Shown: piece after piece, positions 10,295 through 20,303 of the stretch
Layout: every line of letters starts with the position of its first letter
How positions within the stretch are numbered: position 1 is the first letter of the stretch
Virus record (IMG/VR): IMGVR_UViG_3300017528_000566
Source of the DNA: an uncultured virus (IMG/VR IMGVR_UViG_3300017528_000566)
Taxonomy: Duplodnaviria > Heunggongvirae > Uroviricota > Caudoviricetes
Direction: 5' to 3' (one strand)
Length of the DNA stretch: 64,000 bases
Notes under the pieces: generated by a model
Databases searched by the model: none
What the model was told of the DNA's origin: nothing
Seen by the model: only the letters and a program-made list of their open reading frames with translations
Made by a program: the position numbers and the translations under genes

Positions 10295-11563
10295 TCACAG
10301 GAACTGGTCGACGTTTAGCTCATGCTTCGTGGTCAGTCCGCGATCCCGGTGCCAGATGTCGCAACGCAAGGAACGCCGTGAACGGTAGCCTTCTTGCGCG
10401 TGCCACGCATCCTTTGGAGCCAGCGTATTGAAATACTCGATCTCAATGCCTGGGTACTCTTGAACCTTGTGGTGGTGAAGGTGGCCGCAGTACACGTGCG
10501 TCCTCTTGGTCGCCCCCCACCGCTCTCTGGCATCGTTCGCGATCACCAAGGGCAGCTGCGCGGACTTGGTTTTGTGCCCGTGCGTCGAGACGATCAGATT
10601 GTCGCCAAATTGATGGTACCAGAGCATGTGGAGGTTCCGAGCGACGGTTACCCTCGGGTTGCCGTGCCAGCGCTCCGCCAATGACATTTGAAGCACGGTG
10701 GAGGTCAGGTCATCGTGATTGCCGCGGTTTGTCACCAGCTCGACATGATCGTGCCGTTGCAACCCTTCGGTGATCGCGAGACTCATCGTCTCCATAAACA
10801 CGCCGACGACATTCTGCCAACGTGCAGCCACGTCAACCCGTGTTCCAGCCGTCGTTTGCGCGTCGTTGCCGTCAGCATGTACGGCGTCGCCGAGATTGAT
10901 CAGCAACAGTCTCGAGCTCGGCGGCAGGATTCGTAGCGCTTCTCGGATCGCACCGGTATGTACCCGGCGAGCAATCTCGAGATCCCACTTGTCCCCGGTC
11001 TCTTCATCCCATGCCAGCATGCCGAAGTGCGGGTCGCCGATGACGATCGCCACTTCATACGCGTTGGAAGTCTCGACGGTCTTGGCTATCGGAGCGGCTC
11101 TTGGGATGGGGTTTGCTAAGATCGCCGCCTTCGCGATCTCTACAAGATGCTTCGGGTCATCGCGTTCTTTCCCAGTCTTCAGCCACTGTTGGACTACGTT
11201 GCCGCCACTATCGAGCAGCGTGCTCGCGCCGCGCAGACGATAGCCGTCAGGCGAGTGCATCCCGTGAAGCGCGGTCTGTTTGCGCGCGAGCGCTGCTTCG
11301 ATCAAGCTGTCCGCGCTTTCGATAGCGGGCATGTTCCGCGAGCTCCCGCCCTCTCGCGCGACCGCGTCAGCTGCCTCCTCCTTCACGTCGTGAGTTGCCG
11401 TCGACGGTTGTGTCCACTCGATTGGTGTAGTCGGCTTGCTAGGTAGTCGGACGACTCGCGTTTTATCCTGAGCTCGTTGAAAAATCGCGGCACAAGTGCA
11501 CCTAGGGTGCCGCGACCGCGGCTGTTCTCTGCCGGCGTATGATGGATGTATCCTGCACTTCAT
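10295..11563 (-). CDS. calcineurin-like metallophosphoesterase (phage type)
   Basis: GDPHFG, LGDAVH, GNHDD, HGH, GHLHH; ATGA overlap with the upstream ORF. Confidence 0.85.
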   Translation of the reverse strand: MKCRIHPSYAGREQPRSRHPRCTCAAIFQRAQDKTRVVRLPSKPTTPIEWTQPSTATHDVKEEAADAVAREGGSSRNMPAIESADSLIEAALARKQTALHGMHSPDGYRLRGASTLLDSGGNVVQQWLKTGKERDDPKHLVEIAKAAILANPIPRAAPIAKTVETSNAYEVAIVIGDPHFGMLAWDEETGDKWDLEIARRVHTGAIREALRILPPSSRLLLINLGDAVHADGNDAQTTAGTRVDVAARWQNVVGVFMETMSLAITEGLQRHDHVELVTNRGNHDDLTSTVLQMSLAERWHGNPRVTVARNLHMLWYHQFGDNLIVSTHGHKTKSAQLPLVIANDARERWGATKRTHVYCGHLHHHKVQEYPGIEIEYFNTLAPKDAWHAQEGYRSRRSLRCDIWHRDRGLTTKHELNVDQFL

Positions 11564-11829
11564 TTCACTAATTTGCTCCGCTTCTTCATCCATCGATAAA
11601 CCACATCCTTACCAATCTTCACTCCGTTCCGATCAAGCCAGCCAGTGATCTTGATGGCCCCGAGCCTGAACTCTGGATTCTCACGATTGTGTCGGATGAA
11701 CTTGTCAAGCTCGGGCACCATATGCGGGGGAGGATTCCACCCGATTGTGCCCTTCTCTTGCTCGATGAATTCTTCTACTGAAACAGTCAGAGTTGACTTC
11801 TTCGAGGCCCTCTGTTTTCTCTGCATCAT
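11560..11829 (-). CDS. small putative DNA-binding protein
   Basis: basic 89-aa ORF with HTH-like end (GKDVVYRW), coupled to the phosphoesterase. Confidence 0.5.
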   Translation of the reverse strand: MMQRKQRASKKSTLTVSVEEFIEQEKGTIGWNPPPHMVPELDKFIRHNRENPEFRLGAIKITGWLDRNGVKIGKDVVYRWMKKRSKLVK

Positions 11830-11850
11830 TGCTTCTCACCATCTCAAAAA

Positions 11851-11887
11851 AGGAAACGTCACTCTTCCCATAAGAGAGACGTTTCCT
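11851..11887 (-). terminator. hairpin with U-tract on the - strand
   Basis: aggaaacgtc...gacgtttcct preceded by an A-run on the + strand. Confidence 0.5.
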
Positions 11888-12224
11888 AGTGCTTGTGTTT
11901 CGTACACCGCAACCAAACGTTTTGTGTGTTCTGGTTAGTAGCGGCGGCTACAAATCAACACGGGGTGCACTCATGAAGCTGAGAGAGCCTGTTGTATTGA
12001 GTCACATTCATCGGTGGCGCATCTACGACCCAACGGCGGATCGCAAGTCGATCTATGACCCTATCGCGCCAGTGCAGACGTATCCCGATACCTGGACTTA
12101 CCGGGAGTGCGAGTGCGGCGTAAAAATGCGCTGTCTAAGCTGGGTTCTTAGCGCTTACCCAACAGACTTCCGAGCGTTCGCGGATGAAGAGTGGGAGCTG
12201 CTCTGAGCTCGACTCGACTCGACT

Positions 12225-12761
12225 CTACCCGGGCTCGCGCTGCTTCGCGGCGTGCGGTGAACCGTACTTGATCGCGCCGCGCTTCGGCACTATCAAAAGC
12301 CGCACCCTACCGCCGCAGCTTGCGTTACGGCGGCAGGCTATCGACATGGCGATGGAGGTTGCCTTATACGCAGCCTCCAGCGACCTTGCGAGCGGCAAGG
12401 CCTCAAGAGCTCCGAGCCCAAATGGAGAACCGGCGCCGATGCCTGCGATCGGGCGACCTAACACAATGTCGTCGAGGTAGAGGCGATCCGTGCGCTTATC
12501 GTACGCGAGCCACTCCGTGTCATCGTCCATGTGGTCGTCGATCGCGGATCGAAGGCCTGTGAAACTCTTGGGCGGCGAAGCAGCGATTTTGTGGAACAGT
12601 TTGCCAAAGTTGCCGGAGATCATCACGACGGTGGCGCCGCAGATCACATACTTCTTGTCCGCATCGCTGATGATGGTGTTCGTCGCGGCGTCCACGATGC
12701 GCCCGTCGCACGCGAGAACAGCGCCCTCCCCCGGCACGCGGTACGCGAGACATATCGTTAT
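12225..12761 (-). CDS. second Ntn-hydrolase/HslV-like protease, probable ATA start
   Basis: (M)TICLAYRVPGEGAVLACDG aligns with MTIIIGVRVPQRGAVVMADG of 9553-10272; AGGAGG 8 nt before ATA at 12761; GIGAGSPFGLGAL, CGG. Confidence 0.7.
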   Translation of the reverse strand: MTICLAYRVPGEGAVLACDGRIVDAATNTIISDADKKYVICGATVVMISGNFGKLFHKIAASPPKSFTGLRSAIDDHMDDDTEWLAYDKRTDRLYLDDIVLGRPIAGIGAGSPFGLGALEALPLARSLEAAYKATSIAMSIACRRNASCGGRVRLLIVPKRGAIKYGSPHAAKQREPG

Positions 12762-13098
12762 TGTCGCACCCTCCTTTACAACGCCTCACTCCCCGTCGAC
12801 GTGGACTCGGTACGTCGAACGCCCGAGCTCGGTGGCTTTGGCCTCCAGGTCCAGGTACCCGTCACTGATGAGCCCTTGAAGGGCCGCAACACGCTCTGGC
12901 GGGACTAGCCCGCACTCTAGGTCGCCCTCGACGGCCTGGGCCAATAGGGCAAACTGGTAGTTGGTCACTTTCCGTACCTCTCGCGTGGGGTGATTAAAAT
13001 GAGGCACCCGGAGCTCGCTGAAGCGAACCCCGGGAGAGCGCAACCACAGACATGCTTTGCTTGCTGCAACGGGCCTCCCAGGCCCCTACACCGCGCAA

Positions 13099-13410
13099 TC
13101 ACATCCGCGTGTACATCCCGGTTAGGGACTCGATCACGCTGTGCAGGCTGTCGACATACACGTCTTCCCGTGTGTCGAGCTCTTTGCTCTCAAGTACGCC
13201 CTTGCTGCGACGCACACGGTAGGCCGTCACCGTGTAGGTGTCAGCCGGCGTCAGGGTGACGCGAATGTGGCTGACGCTCTTGGCGTTGCGGCCAATCTTG
13301 AACTGTAAGAACTTCTCGGATTCGCTGCCCACCAGGTCTTTGGCCCCGAGCATGCAAAAAGCCATGTTGCCAATCTGCTGCCGAATCGTCTCTGCTACTT
13401 GGAGTTCCAT
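13099..13410 (-). CDS. conserved phage hypothetical protein
   Basis: ETIRQQIG...DTYTV...DVY.D.L...IE..TG pattern. Confidence 0.6.
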   Translation of the reverse strand: MELQVAETIRQQIGNMAFCMLGAKDLVGSESEKFLQFKIGRNAKSVSHIRVTLTPADTYTVTAYRVRRSKGVLESKELDTREDVYVDSLHSVIESLTGMYTRM

Positions 13411-13473
13411 GCTCTGGATACAATCGAGCGGGGCGAATCTTCACGAGCGCGGAACGATTCCTAGACCTACCCG

Positions 13474-13719
13474 TCAGTTCTTGTCCGACCAGACCTCGAA
13501 TCTCAGAACCTGCTGTCCGTTGACCTCGAGCGCATCCTCCAGGTGGGCAACGGCCGTCTTGCGCTGCCACTCTTTGTCCGCGTAGGGGTTTGGCCCGTTG
13601 AGGTGCTCTAAGGCACGAACGGCGGCCTCTTTTAGGAGCTCTAGACGGGCCTTCAGACGCGCGTTTTCGGCTAGGGCCTGGTCTCTCTCTTTGGTGATCT
13701 GGTCTTTGTCCACTGACAT
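13474..13719 (-). CDS. hypothetical coiled-coil protein
   Basis: ATG with GGTGTA 9 nt upstream. Confidence 0.55.
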   Translation of the reverse strand: MSVDKDQITKERDQALAENARLKARLELLKEAAVRALEHLNGPNPYADKEWQRKTAVAHLEDALEVNGQQVLRFEVWSDKN

Positions 13720-13796
13720 ACGTGGCGATACACCACTGTGCGCCCTGCTCCATTAGATTGGCGTGAAGTTTCGACGAGCTCAGTTGTATCTACGCC

Positions 13797-14063
13797 ATGG
13801 GCACGCAGTCAAACATCGTAGACGAAGCGCAGTCACGGATTATCGCGCGTTGCATCAAGCTTCGGAGCCATGTCTACGCGAACCACTATGGGAGTGGTCA
13901 ATGGTTTGCCCAAGCACTCGCGGCAGCGTGGAAAGCCGAAGGCATCACCGGAATCGGCAACGCCTGCCGTGACCTGATGGTCGAGCTCGAAAACGTGCCC
14001 GGCGGTCATGATGCATATGCAGAGGCGCGTGCAATCGCTGCTGACTGCGGCGTCTTTCACTGA
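13797..14063 (+). CDS. hypothetical protein
   Basis: ATG with GTTGTA 8 nt upstream. Confidence 0.5.
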   Translation: MGTQSNIVDEAQSRIIARCIKLRSHVYANHYGSGQWFAQALAAAWKAEGITGIGNACRDLMVELENVPGGHDAYAEARAIAADCGVFH

Positions 14064-14185
14064 TGCCCTGGGCAATGTCTTACCAAAGCGTAAGAGGTTG
14101 CTCGACACGCTTCACAAGGGGCGCGATATCACCCTTGTCGCCTCTCTTGGTCAGGGTTAGGTTGTATCGGCCCTAAGGAGGCTAC

Positions 14186-14374
14186 ATGTTGGAACCATTC
14201 ATCATCGACCAGCTTCGGCGACGGCGGGAGGAGGAACGGCGACGGCGGGAGCAGCAGCGGCCTCAACCTCAAATAGAGTTGCCGCAGCCCCTTCCAGCAG
14301 CCCCCGTTGAGCCGGCCCCGGATACGCCAGCCCCTGTGGAGGAGCGCGGCGTCTGGGTCATCGAGCTGCTGTAA
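14186..14374 (+). CDS. small hypothetical protein
   Basis: strong AAGGAGG RBS; MLEPFIIDQLRRR...RGVWVIEL. Confidence 0.6.
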   Translation: MLEPFIIDQLRRRREEERRRREQQRPQPQIELPQPLPAAPVEPAPDTPAPVEERGVWVIELL

Positions 14375-14743
14375 TCACTGAATGTCGCGTGGCCCTTTGT
14401 GATCAAATGAGACCGTGGCCGGCAGGAGGCTATCGTGAATGCCGGCCACGTCGATTATGGCGGTTTCGTCGACCGGATCATAGGTCGCCTGGATTTGTAC
14501 CCCCTCACAGCCGATCTGCACGACCTTGATCCCGTTGTGCTGGAGAAATAGCAACAGGTCCGCGGCCTCATTCGTCAAGTCCCGACCATTCGACTTGAGC
14601 ACTACGTAGGGTCCCTCGCGGTCGCACTCGTGCTGGTGCGTCTCTCCATCTCCGGAATCGCATGGGTCGAATCCCGCCGCGCTTAGGGCGGTGACTGTCA
14701 GTCTGATCCCCGGGTTCAGGTAGTTGAGAATGTTGTCGTCCAT
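14375..14743 (-). CDS. hypothetical protein
   Basis: ATG ORF, 122 aa, with GF..CDSGDG motif. Confidence 0.5.
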   Translation of the reverse strand: MDDNILNYLNPGIRLTVTALSAAGFDPCDSGDGETHQHECDREGPYVVLKSNGRDLTNEAADLLLFLQHNGIKVVQIGCEGVQIQATYDPVDETAIIDVAGIHDSLLPATVSFDHKGPRDIQ

Positions 14744-14783
14744 TATCGAGGTGTAGGGAATAAACGATTACGGGCGCCCCGTC

Positions 14784-15581
14784 ATGCCAGAACCAGTCAT
14801 CTATTTTCGCAGCCGCCTGGCCGAGCAACAAGAACGCAACGCCGCCAGTGAGCACTTTCGCGTCATCACGCAACGCACTCACTGTAGGCCGGGAGAGCTA
14901 GTCATCCCGAGGTACAGCGCGCTACCCGAGAACAAGGAGCTGTGCCTGGACATTGTCGAGCTCGGGGCCACCCCGATCAACACGTACCGACAGCACTGCT
15001 ACGTCGCAGACGTTCGGAACTGGTACTACGACCTGGCCGATATCACGCCCCGTACCTGGTTCGCGCTCGACCAGATCCCTGCGAACGGCGGCCCTTTCAT
15101 ACTCAAGGGCGCCACGAACTCCCGGAAGTTCCTGTGGGACAGCCACATGTTTGCGAAGGACAAGCACGCCGCGGGTGAGGTTTACATCCGGCTTGCCCAG
15201 GACAGTCACATCGGGGTGCAGCCGATCTACATCCGGCAATATGTGCCGCTCCACAACCTCACGACGGGGCTCAACGGGATGCCCGTTTCGGAGGAATACC
15301 GCTTCATGATCCTCGACCGGCAAGTGGTGGCCTCCGGCTTCTACTGGAGCTCCCACGTTGACGACCTCGACCGAGCTTACTCGAGTGACGCGGTGCCCCG
15401 AGAGTTCCTGGACAAGGTCATCGCTCGGGTTGCGAAGCACATCCGGTTCTGGGTCGTAGACGTCGCTCGAACCGCCTCTGGCGAGTGGCTGGTGATCGAG
15501 CTGAATGACGGCCAGCAGGCGGGTCTATCTGAGATTGAGCCGGCAGCCTTCTACCGCGAGCTCCGACGCATCATCGGCTGA
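14784..15581 (+). CDS. ATP-grasp family protein (R2K/DUF4343-like)
   Basis: PFILKGATNSRK, EYRF, VVDVA....GEWLVIELNDGQQAG. Confidence 0.8.
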   Translation: MPEPVIYFRSRLAEQQERNAASEHFRVITQRTHCRPGELVIPRYSALPENKELCLDIVELGATPINTYRQHCYVADVRNWYYDLADITPRTWFALDQIPANGGPFILKGATNSRKFLWDSHMFAKDKHAAGEVYIRLAQDSHIGVQPIYIRQYVPLHNLTTGLNGMPVSEEYRFMILDRQVVASGFYWSSHVDDLDRAYSSDAVPREFLDKVIARVAKHIRFWVVDVARTASGEWLVIELNDGQQAGLSEIEPAAFYRELRRIIG

Positions 15582-15652
15582 AGCTAAACCTTGGTAGCAG
15601 AACGCGGGCGAAGACCCTCCGGTAGGATGCGATCTGCCGCCCACGCACTCGT

Positions 15653-15898
15653 TCAATCCTCGGTCGGCTCGGTCGGATCGGTCGGATCTGTTGGCTCGGG
15701 GGTCGTCGGCGGTGGTTCAACCGGCGGCACCGGCTTGGCCTCCGCGCCGATGAGGTGCAGCTTGATCTTGTTGAGCAGGGTGCGCCGGCTAATGCCTAGG
15801 GCGAGCGCAGTGTGCGACTGGTTTCCATTGTTCTCCTCAAGGCTCTTCTCGATCAGAGCCTTCTCGTATTCACGCATCTGTTGTCTAAGTGAGGCCAT
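15653..15898 (-). CDS. stand-alone Fis-type HTH protein
   Basis: EKALIEKSLEENNGNQSHTALALGISRRTLLNKIK. Confidence 0.85.
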   Translation of the reverse strand: MASLRQQMREYEKALIEKSLEENNGNQSHTALALGISRRTLLNKIKLHLIGAEAKPVPPVEPPPTTPEPTDPTDPTEPTED

Positions 15899-15945
15899 AC
15901 TTTGTCTCCGGATGGCCCCTACACCAGCAATTTGAGAATCAACCG

Positions 15946-16539
15946 ATGCTCGACGTATTTGTGTACAGCTGGTTAGGACTAGACGAATTACTGGAACAAG
16001 CGGACGCGCTAGAGCTGCGTACGGGCACCGCTGGCTACAAGGCGACCGCTCTGTATATAAAGGTGCTCAATCAACTCAAGAGCTTCCCTCACCAGGGGAC
16101 CCAGACGATGGCCGAGTCACTCGCGGAGATCGTGACTCACAATCTTGTGTTCGTCTCGCTGTCTGAGACCGCCGTCGCCCTGGAGCTCCAGGTGACTACC
16201 ATTGAAGGCTCTTTCCAACAGGCCATTCTCTGGTTGCCCGTGCACTGGCTGGAGATCTTCCAAGAGGACCCCATCTATCAGCTTGGTGGGGTCCTCTACA
16301 CAGGCTCTCAGGCGGTGGACTTCTACAACGGGCGCTTGACGCAAGACCCTGCCAAGAGTGCTTCCTTGGCACAGGCGCATGAGGCCGAGCTGCTCTGGCT
16401 GGTCGCGCGAGAGTTCCCCGGTTACCAGTTCGACCTATACCAGAGCTACCTTCGCCACAAGTTTTCCAAGGGCCTTAATACGCCAAAGGCCAAGGAGTTA
16501 CTCTACCCCTTGGCCCCAGTGGAAGCGATCGAAGCTTAG
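15946..16539 (+). CDS. hypothetical protein
   Basis: long ORF; start codon uncertain. Confidence 0.5.
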   Translation: MLDVFVYSWLGLDELLEQADALELRTGTAGYKATALYIKVLNQLKSFPHQGTQTMAESLAEIVTHNLVFVSLSETAVALELQVTTIEGSFQQAILWLPVHWLEIFQEDPIYQLGGVLYTGSQAVDFYNGRLTQDPAKSASLAQAHEAELLWLVAREFPGYQFDLYQSYLRHKFSKGLNTPKAKELLYPLAPVEAIEA

Positions 16540-16874
16540 GCGACCTGCAGCCCCAGCCAGTCAATGAAGGTTCGGACAGCTTGAATCGCGGGCCACGTCC
16601 ACGTAGGAGCTCGGAAGTCGAGCCAATCGAGGAAGCCGCGAACGTGGTATTCCGCCTTTCGGTGAACCATGCGTCCATAGTCACCGAGATTCGGAGCTCC
16701 GTATCCGACGAAGTAGATGATGGCTGCCACCAGCAAGAATGGAAGCATCAGGATGGCCAGGAACCAAACTACTCGCGCCAGTTGGAGCATTATGAAGACA
16801 CCCGCAAGTAGCGCGGCACCCATCAACACAGCTTTCAGTTTGCGATCCATTCCAGGGTCCTTTCTTGAGTCCAC
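16536..16874 (-). CDS. membrane protein
   Basis: two hydrophobic segments; directly follows terC. Confidence 0.55.
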   Translation of the reverse strand: MDSRKDPGMDRKLKAVLMGAALLAGVFIMLQLARVVWFLAILMLPFLLVAAIIYFVGYGAPNLGDYGRMVHRKAEYHVRGFLDWLDFRAPTWTWPAIQAVRTFIDWLGLQVA

Positions 16875-17852
16875 TCAGACTTCCGGTTCAGCGAATATGT
16901 AGGAGGCCGCAACTCCAATCGCGAGCCCGAGCACGACTACGCCCAAGCTCACCAGCACAGGGATCTCTACCGAGAAGCCAAGGAGGCTCGTGAGCGGCCC
17001 ATGGAAGGCCTCCAGCAGCATCTTGCAGCCAATAAACACAAGGATGCCTACGACAGCCTTCTCGAGATGGCAGAGGTACTGCTTGGCGGCAACGAGCAGA
17101 AAGTACATCGATCGGAGGCCGAGAATTGCAAAGATGTTCGACGCGTAGATCAAGAACGGGTCCTTGGTGACAGCGACGACCGCCGGTACTGAATCGAAAG
17201 CGAAGGCAATGTCTGACGTTTCGGTCACCATCAAGCACAGAAACAACGGGGTCCCCTGCCAAGTCCCGGGACGCTTTGTGAAGAACTTGTCGCCATCGAG
17301 CCAGTTCGTGATCGGCCAGCCCAGGGTGTCGCGGAACCAGCGCACGGACCAGTGCTTAGTATAGTCCTTGTCGTTGCTCGGGTCGTCATCTGCATCGGTC
17401 AACATCGCGTAAGCCGAGTACAGCACCACCAGCCCGAACAGCGTATACACAACGATATGCATGACCGGGCCAAGGTTGCCGGCGAGCAGCGCCGCAGACC
17501 CTAGAGTGATGAACAGGAGTCGGAAGACGATCGCTCCGAGTATGCCGTAGTAAAGGATGCGATGCTGCAACGCGGGCTTAATTCCGAAACTCGCAAAGAT
17601 TGCCATGAACACAAACAGGTTGTCGACTGACAGCGATTTCTCCAGGAGATAACCAGCGGTGAACAGCCCTGCTTTTTCCGGGCCATCTACACACCAGATG
17701 TAGCCAGCAAACAGGAGCGACACGCCTACCCAAATGCCAGACCAGAGTGCAGCGTCGCTTAGGGTCACAGCTTTGCCATTCTTGTGCCCGTGCAAGTCTA
17801 GCCAGAGCATGAAACTAACGAGCAGCACAAATAGACATACCTCGATTACCAT
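16875..17852 (-). CDS. terC: TerC/Alx family membrane protein
   Basis: GYLLEKSLSVDNLFVF, QHRILYYGILGAIVFR, DIAFAFDSVPAV, SNIFAILGLRSMYF. Confidence 0.95.
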   Translation of the reverse strand: MVIEVCLFVLLVSFMLWLDLHGHKNGKAVTLSDAALWSGIWVGVSLLFAGYIWCVDGPEKAGLFTAGYLLEKSLSVDNLFVFMAIFASFGIKPALQHRILYYGILGAIVFRLLFITLGSAALLAGNLGPVMHIVVYTLFGLVVLYSAYAMLTDADDDPSNDKDYTKHWSVRWFRDTLGWPITNWLDGDKFFTKRPGTWQGTPLFLCLMVTETSDIAFAFDSVPAVVAVTKDPFLIYASNIFAILGLRSMYFLLVAAKQYLCHLEKAVVGILVFIGCKMLLEAFHGPLTSLLGFSVEIPVLVSLGVVVLGLAIGVAASYIFAEPEV

Positions 17853-17902
17853 TCAGAACTCTCCTCGGCCCCCAGTTACACCGAGAGAGAGTGCTGCCGA
17901 GC

Positions 17903-18241
17903 CTACGAGAAACTGACGATCGATCGCAGCTCGCTGAGAAACTCGGTATCGTACCCTTGCAGAATGATCTCGAAGCGGCCCGGGGCCGTCCAATACTTCA
18001 CAATGGCCGTTTTGCCGTTGGCGACGAGCTCACGGAGCGCATCTCCACACTGTGCCGGAGAGACCCCTCCAGCCTGGTGGCCTAATGCAGTCATTCGCTC
18101 CATTATCGCGATCGCCTGTAGAGGTGTTGCATAGGCGCAACTCCAGGTGCCGTTACTTGGGGAATGGATCACGATCACTAGTGACGGGTCGTAATCAGGG
18201 GACGTGAGTGCCAGCTTGATTTCGTCATCTTCAATCTTCAT
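17903..18241 (-). CDS. hypothetical protein
   Basis: ORF within the ter cluster. Confidence 0.45.
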   Translation of the reverse strand: MKIEDDEIKLALTSPDYDPSLVIVIHSPSNGTWSCAYATPLQAIAIMERMTALGHQAGGVSPAQCGDALRELVANGKTAIVKYWTAPGRFEIILQGYDTEFLSELRSIVSFS

Positions 18242-18258
18242 GGGGGCTCGACATAAAC

Positions 18259-18290
18259 AAAAAAGGGGAGCCCAATCAAGGGCTCCCCTT
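18259..18290 (-). terminator. rho-independent terminator
   Basis: aaggggagccc / gggctcccctt stem followed by a U-run on the - strand after the TerB-like gene. Confidence 0.75.
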
Positions 18291-18311
18291 TGAGGCGCTG
18301 GCCTCAACGAC

Positions 18312-18707
18312 TCACGCCAAGTACGTGTCGAACAGGAATGTCAGCTCAGCCGGAACCGGCGCCTGAGCCTTGGTACGCAGCGTTTCGAGCAGGAGGCGCT
18401 CGGCGGCATCGACCTGGCCATCTTTGTGAATGCGGTCCTTGAGGTAGAGAGCTTCATCGGCCCTAACGACACCCGGACTGGTCGCGTCTTCGAGCACGTG
18501 GCTCGTGAGTGCCTCGGAGAAGAACACGGGCCAGCTTGAAGCGTTGCTGGCTCCGCTCACAGCGTCGTTGATGTCGAACAGCAAGTCGGCCTCATCACGA
18601 TCGATGGTGCCGTCGGCACGCAAAATGGTGCGGAGTTTGTCCACTTCACTGTCGTCTACGCGACCGTCGGAGATGATGGAGGTCTTGAGCTCGTTCAGGT
18701 CTGACAT
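18312..18707 (-). CDS. TerB-like protein
   Basis: repeated DG.(V/I)D..E motifs (SDGRVDDSE, ADGTIDRDE, KDGQVDAAE); ter context. Confidence 0.75.
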   Translation of the reverse strand: MSDLNELKTSIISDGRVDDSEVDKLRTILRADGTIDRDEADLLFDINDAVSGASNASSWPVFFSEALTSHVLEDATSPGVVRADEALYLKDRIHKDGQVDAAERLLLETLRTKAQAPVPAELTFLFDTYLA

Positions 18708-18792
18708 GTCTCGGTCCTTGTTGATGCCGCTTAGTTAGTTGTGTTGTGTCTGAACGCGCTGGCAATCACTGAGAATGCCAGCGCCGCAGATT

Positions 18793-19758
18793 TTACAGTT
18801 CAGAGGCTACTTCCACACAGGTGCAAACGTCCGGCGCGTTATCCCAAACGTAGCCGTCTTCGCAGGATTCGAGTGTCTCGCATTGGCAGAGGCCACCACA
18901 GTCGGCGCCGCCGTTCTCTGGATCGCAATCGTCATCTGGGTTGTCTACACAGTAGCCATCGCCTGGACATTGGATGCCTGCAATCCCTCCGCAGAATGGC
19001 GCATCAGCCAGGCAGAGCGCACCTTCCTCCAAGGCCTCGCAGTGAGTGCCGGCGCGGCAGCGCACGGTGTCACAGGGATCTTGATCGGTTGGTTCTGGCT
19101 CTGGTTCGGGGTCTGGCTCGCTATCCGGTACGCAATGCGGGGGAAAGGGCAGCAGGAATGGAAAAGGGACAGTCGGGCGCTCACAATGCTGTCCGTCGGG
19201 ACAAAGAAGGCCGTTACACGTTGGGGCGGAAGGCGGGTCACAGTCTATGACCTTGTCGTTTCGCACGAAGCGGACGCGCAGACCAAAGGGACGTGGGCGC
19301 TGCAGCTTCACCAATGCGTATGGATGGGTGATGCGCTGGGCTACGGGACAATCCGCTCCGGGGGATAGGATTGCAATGGTGATGTATAGGGTGCCCCGCG
19401 TGAATTCGAAGCCCTCGACGTTGGCCTCGTAGCCATCGGTTCTCTTGAGCCCACCGTCGAAGAGCACGACGATCTCGCCAGCATCAAAGTCTACATCATC
19501 AGGTGGAGCGTGCCCGAGAAGACGCTCATACTGCGCCGCGGACAAGATCACGCGGCGCTGTTCGACTCTGCTTGAGCCTATCCCTTCGGGGTCATCGATC
19601 CAGGTGAAGGGCAGGACGCGCTGTACTTCCTGCTCGGCTTGCACACTGGCTTGCAGCTGGGCTTCACTTGAGCCCAGGTCATCGTTGTTGAGGGGTTGCG
19701 CTGCACATCCTGCGAAGGCCAGCCCGAGTGCGACTGCCACGTTGTTTAGGGTAGTCAT
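18793..19758 (-). CDS. Cys-rich lipoprotein with PrcB C-terminal-like domain
   Basis: lipobox FAGC; VDFD..E.VV...G...T.GY...PG..C......T.PY motif; C-terminal CGGIAGIQC..G..CVD.P.DDCDP..GGADCGG.C. Confidence 0.7.
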   Translation of the reverse strand: MTTLNNVAVALGLAFAGCAAQPLNNDDLGSSEAQLQASVQAEQEVQRVLPFTWIDDPEGIGSSRVEQRRVILSAAQYERLLGHAPPDDVDFDAGEIVVLFDGGLKRTDGYEANVEGFEFTRGTLYITIAILSPGADCPVAQRITHPYALVKLQRPRPFGLRVRFVRNDKVIDCDPPSAPTCNGLLCPDGQHCERPTVPFPFLLPFPPHCVPDSEPDPEPEPEPTDQDPCDTVRCRAGTHCEALEEGALCLADAPFCGGIAGIQCPGDGYCVDNPDDDCDPENGGADCGGLCQCETLESCEDGYVWDNAPDVCTCVEVASEL

Positions 19759-20303
19759 GGGGTCGCCTCTGCACTGACGATCGCCCAGAGTTGCTCGGTT
19801 TTGCTGAACTGCTTGAGCAGCCCAACTTTGCTGGTGTTGATGAGCTCGCCGCCGAGCGCACCGTTCTTGATCGTGGCTACTACGGCCACGTTTCCTACGT
19901 CCCCGGTGTCGAGCTTCGCCTTATGCGTGGCCCCGGTCGAATCGGTCAACTCGATACACACGTCGCTGCCTGCAAAGCGAGCCGGTGTGCCTTTCGTGAT
20001 CGCTCCAAAATCCCATGCGATGATGTGTACTTCGCAGACATCATCCAGCTTAGAGATCCTGAGGTTCTCGCAATTGCCGCCCGTCGCTACCTTGTCACCC
20101 ACGCCCGCGTCTTTGTCGAGCTTGATGAAGGGCGCAACGTTTAGGTCACCCTTGTTGTTGAAGAACACAAGACCGTCAGTTCCGGCCTTTGTCTTGTAGA
20201 GAGCAGCTAGATCGAAATCCGCCGCCGTGCTCCATGTCAGTTTTACGAGTAGCCCAGTGATAGAATCGAGAGCTGCGCTCTGCTTCTTGGTATCCAGATC
20301 CAT
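19755..20303 (-). CDS. TerD/TerA-like stress protein
   Basis: L.W...ADFDL.ALY, G.VFFNNKGDL...PFIKLDKDAGVGD, ENLRI. Confidence 0.8.
   Translation of the reverse strand: MDLDTKKQSAALDSITGLLVKLTWSTAADFDLAALYKTKAGTDGLVFFNNKGDLNVAPFIKLDKDAGVGDKVATGGNCENLRISKLDDVCEVHIIAWDFGAITKGTPARFAGSDVCIELTDSTGATHKAKLDTGDVGNVAVVATIKNGALGGELINTSKVGLLKQFSKTEQLWAIVSAEATP

Noticed and set aside
12211..12225. GACTC x3, resembling the array pentamers
   Set aside because: Only three identical copies with no boundary motif, between convergent stops; a simple microsatellite.
15656..15735. Short 9-nt-period repeats (tcggtcgg...)
   Set aside because: Explained by the PTD/PTE coding tail of the Fis-like protein.
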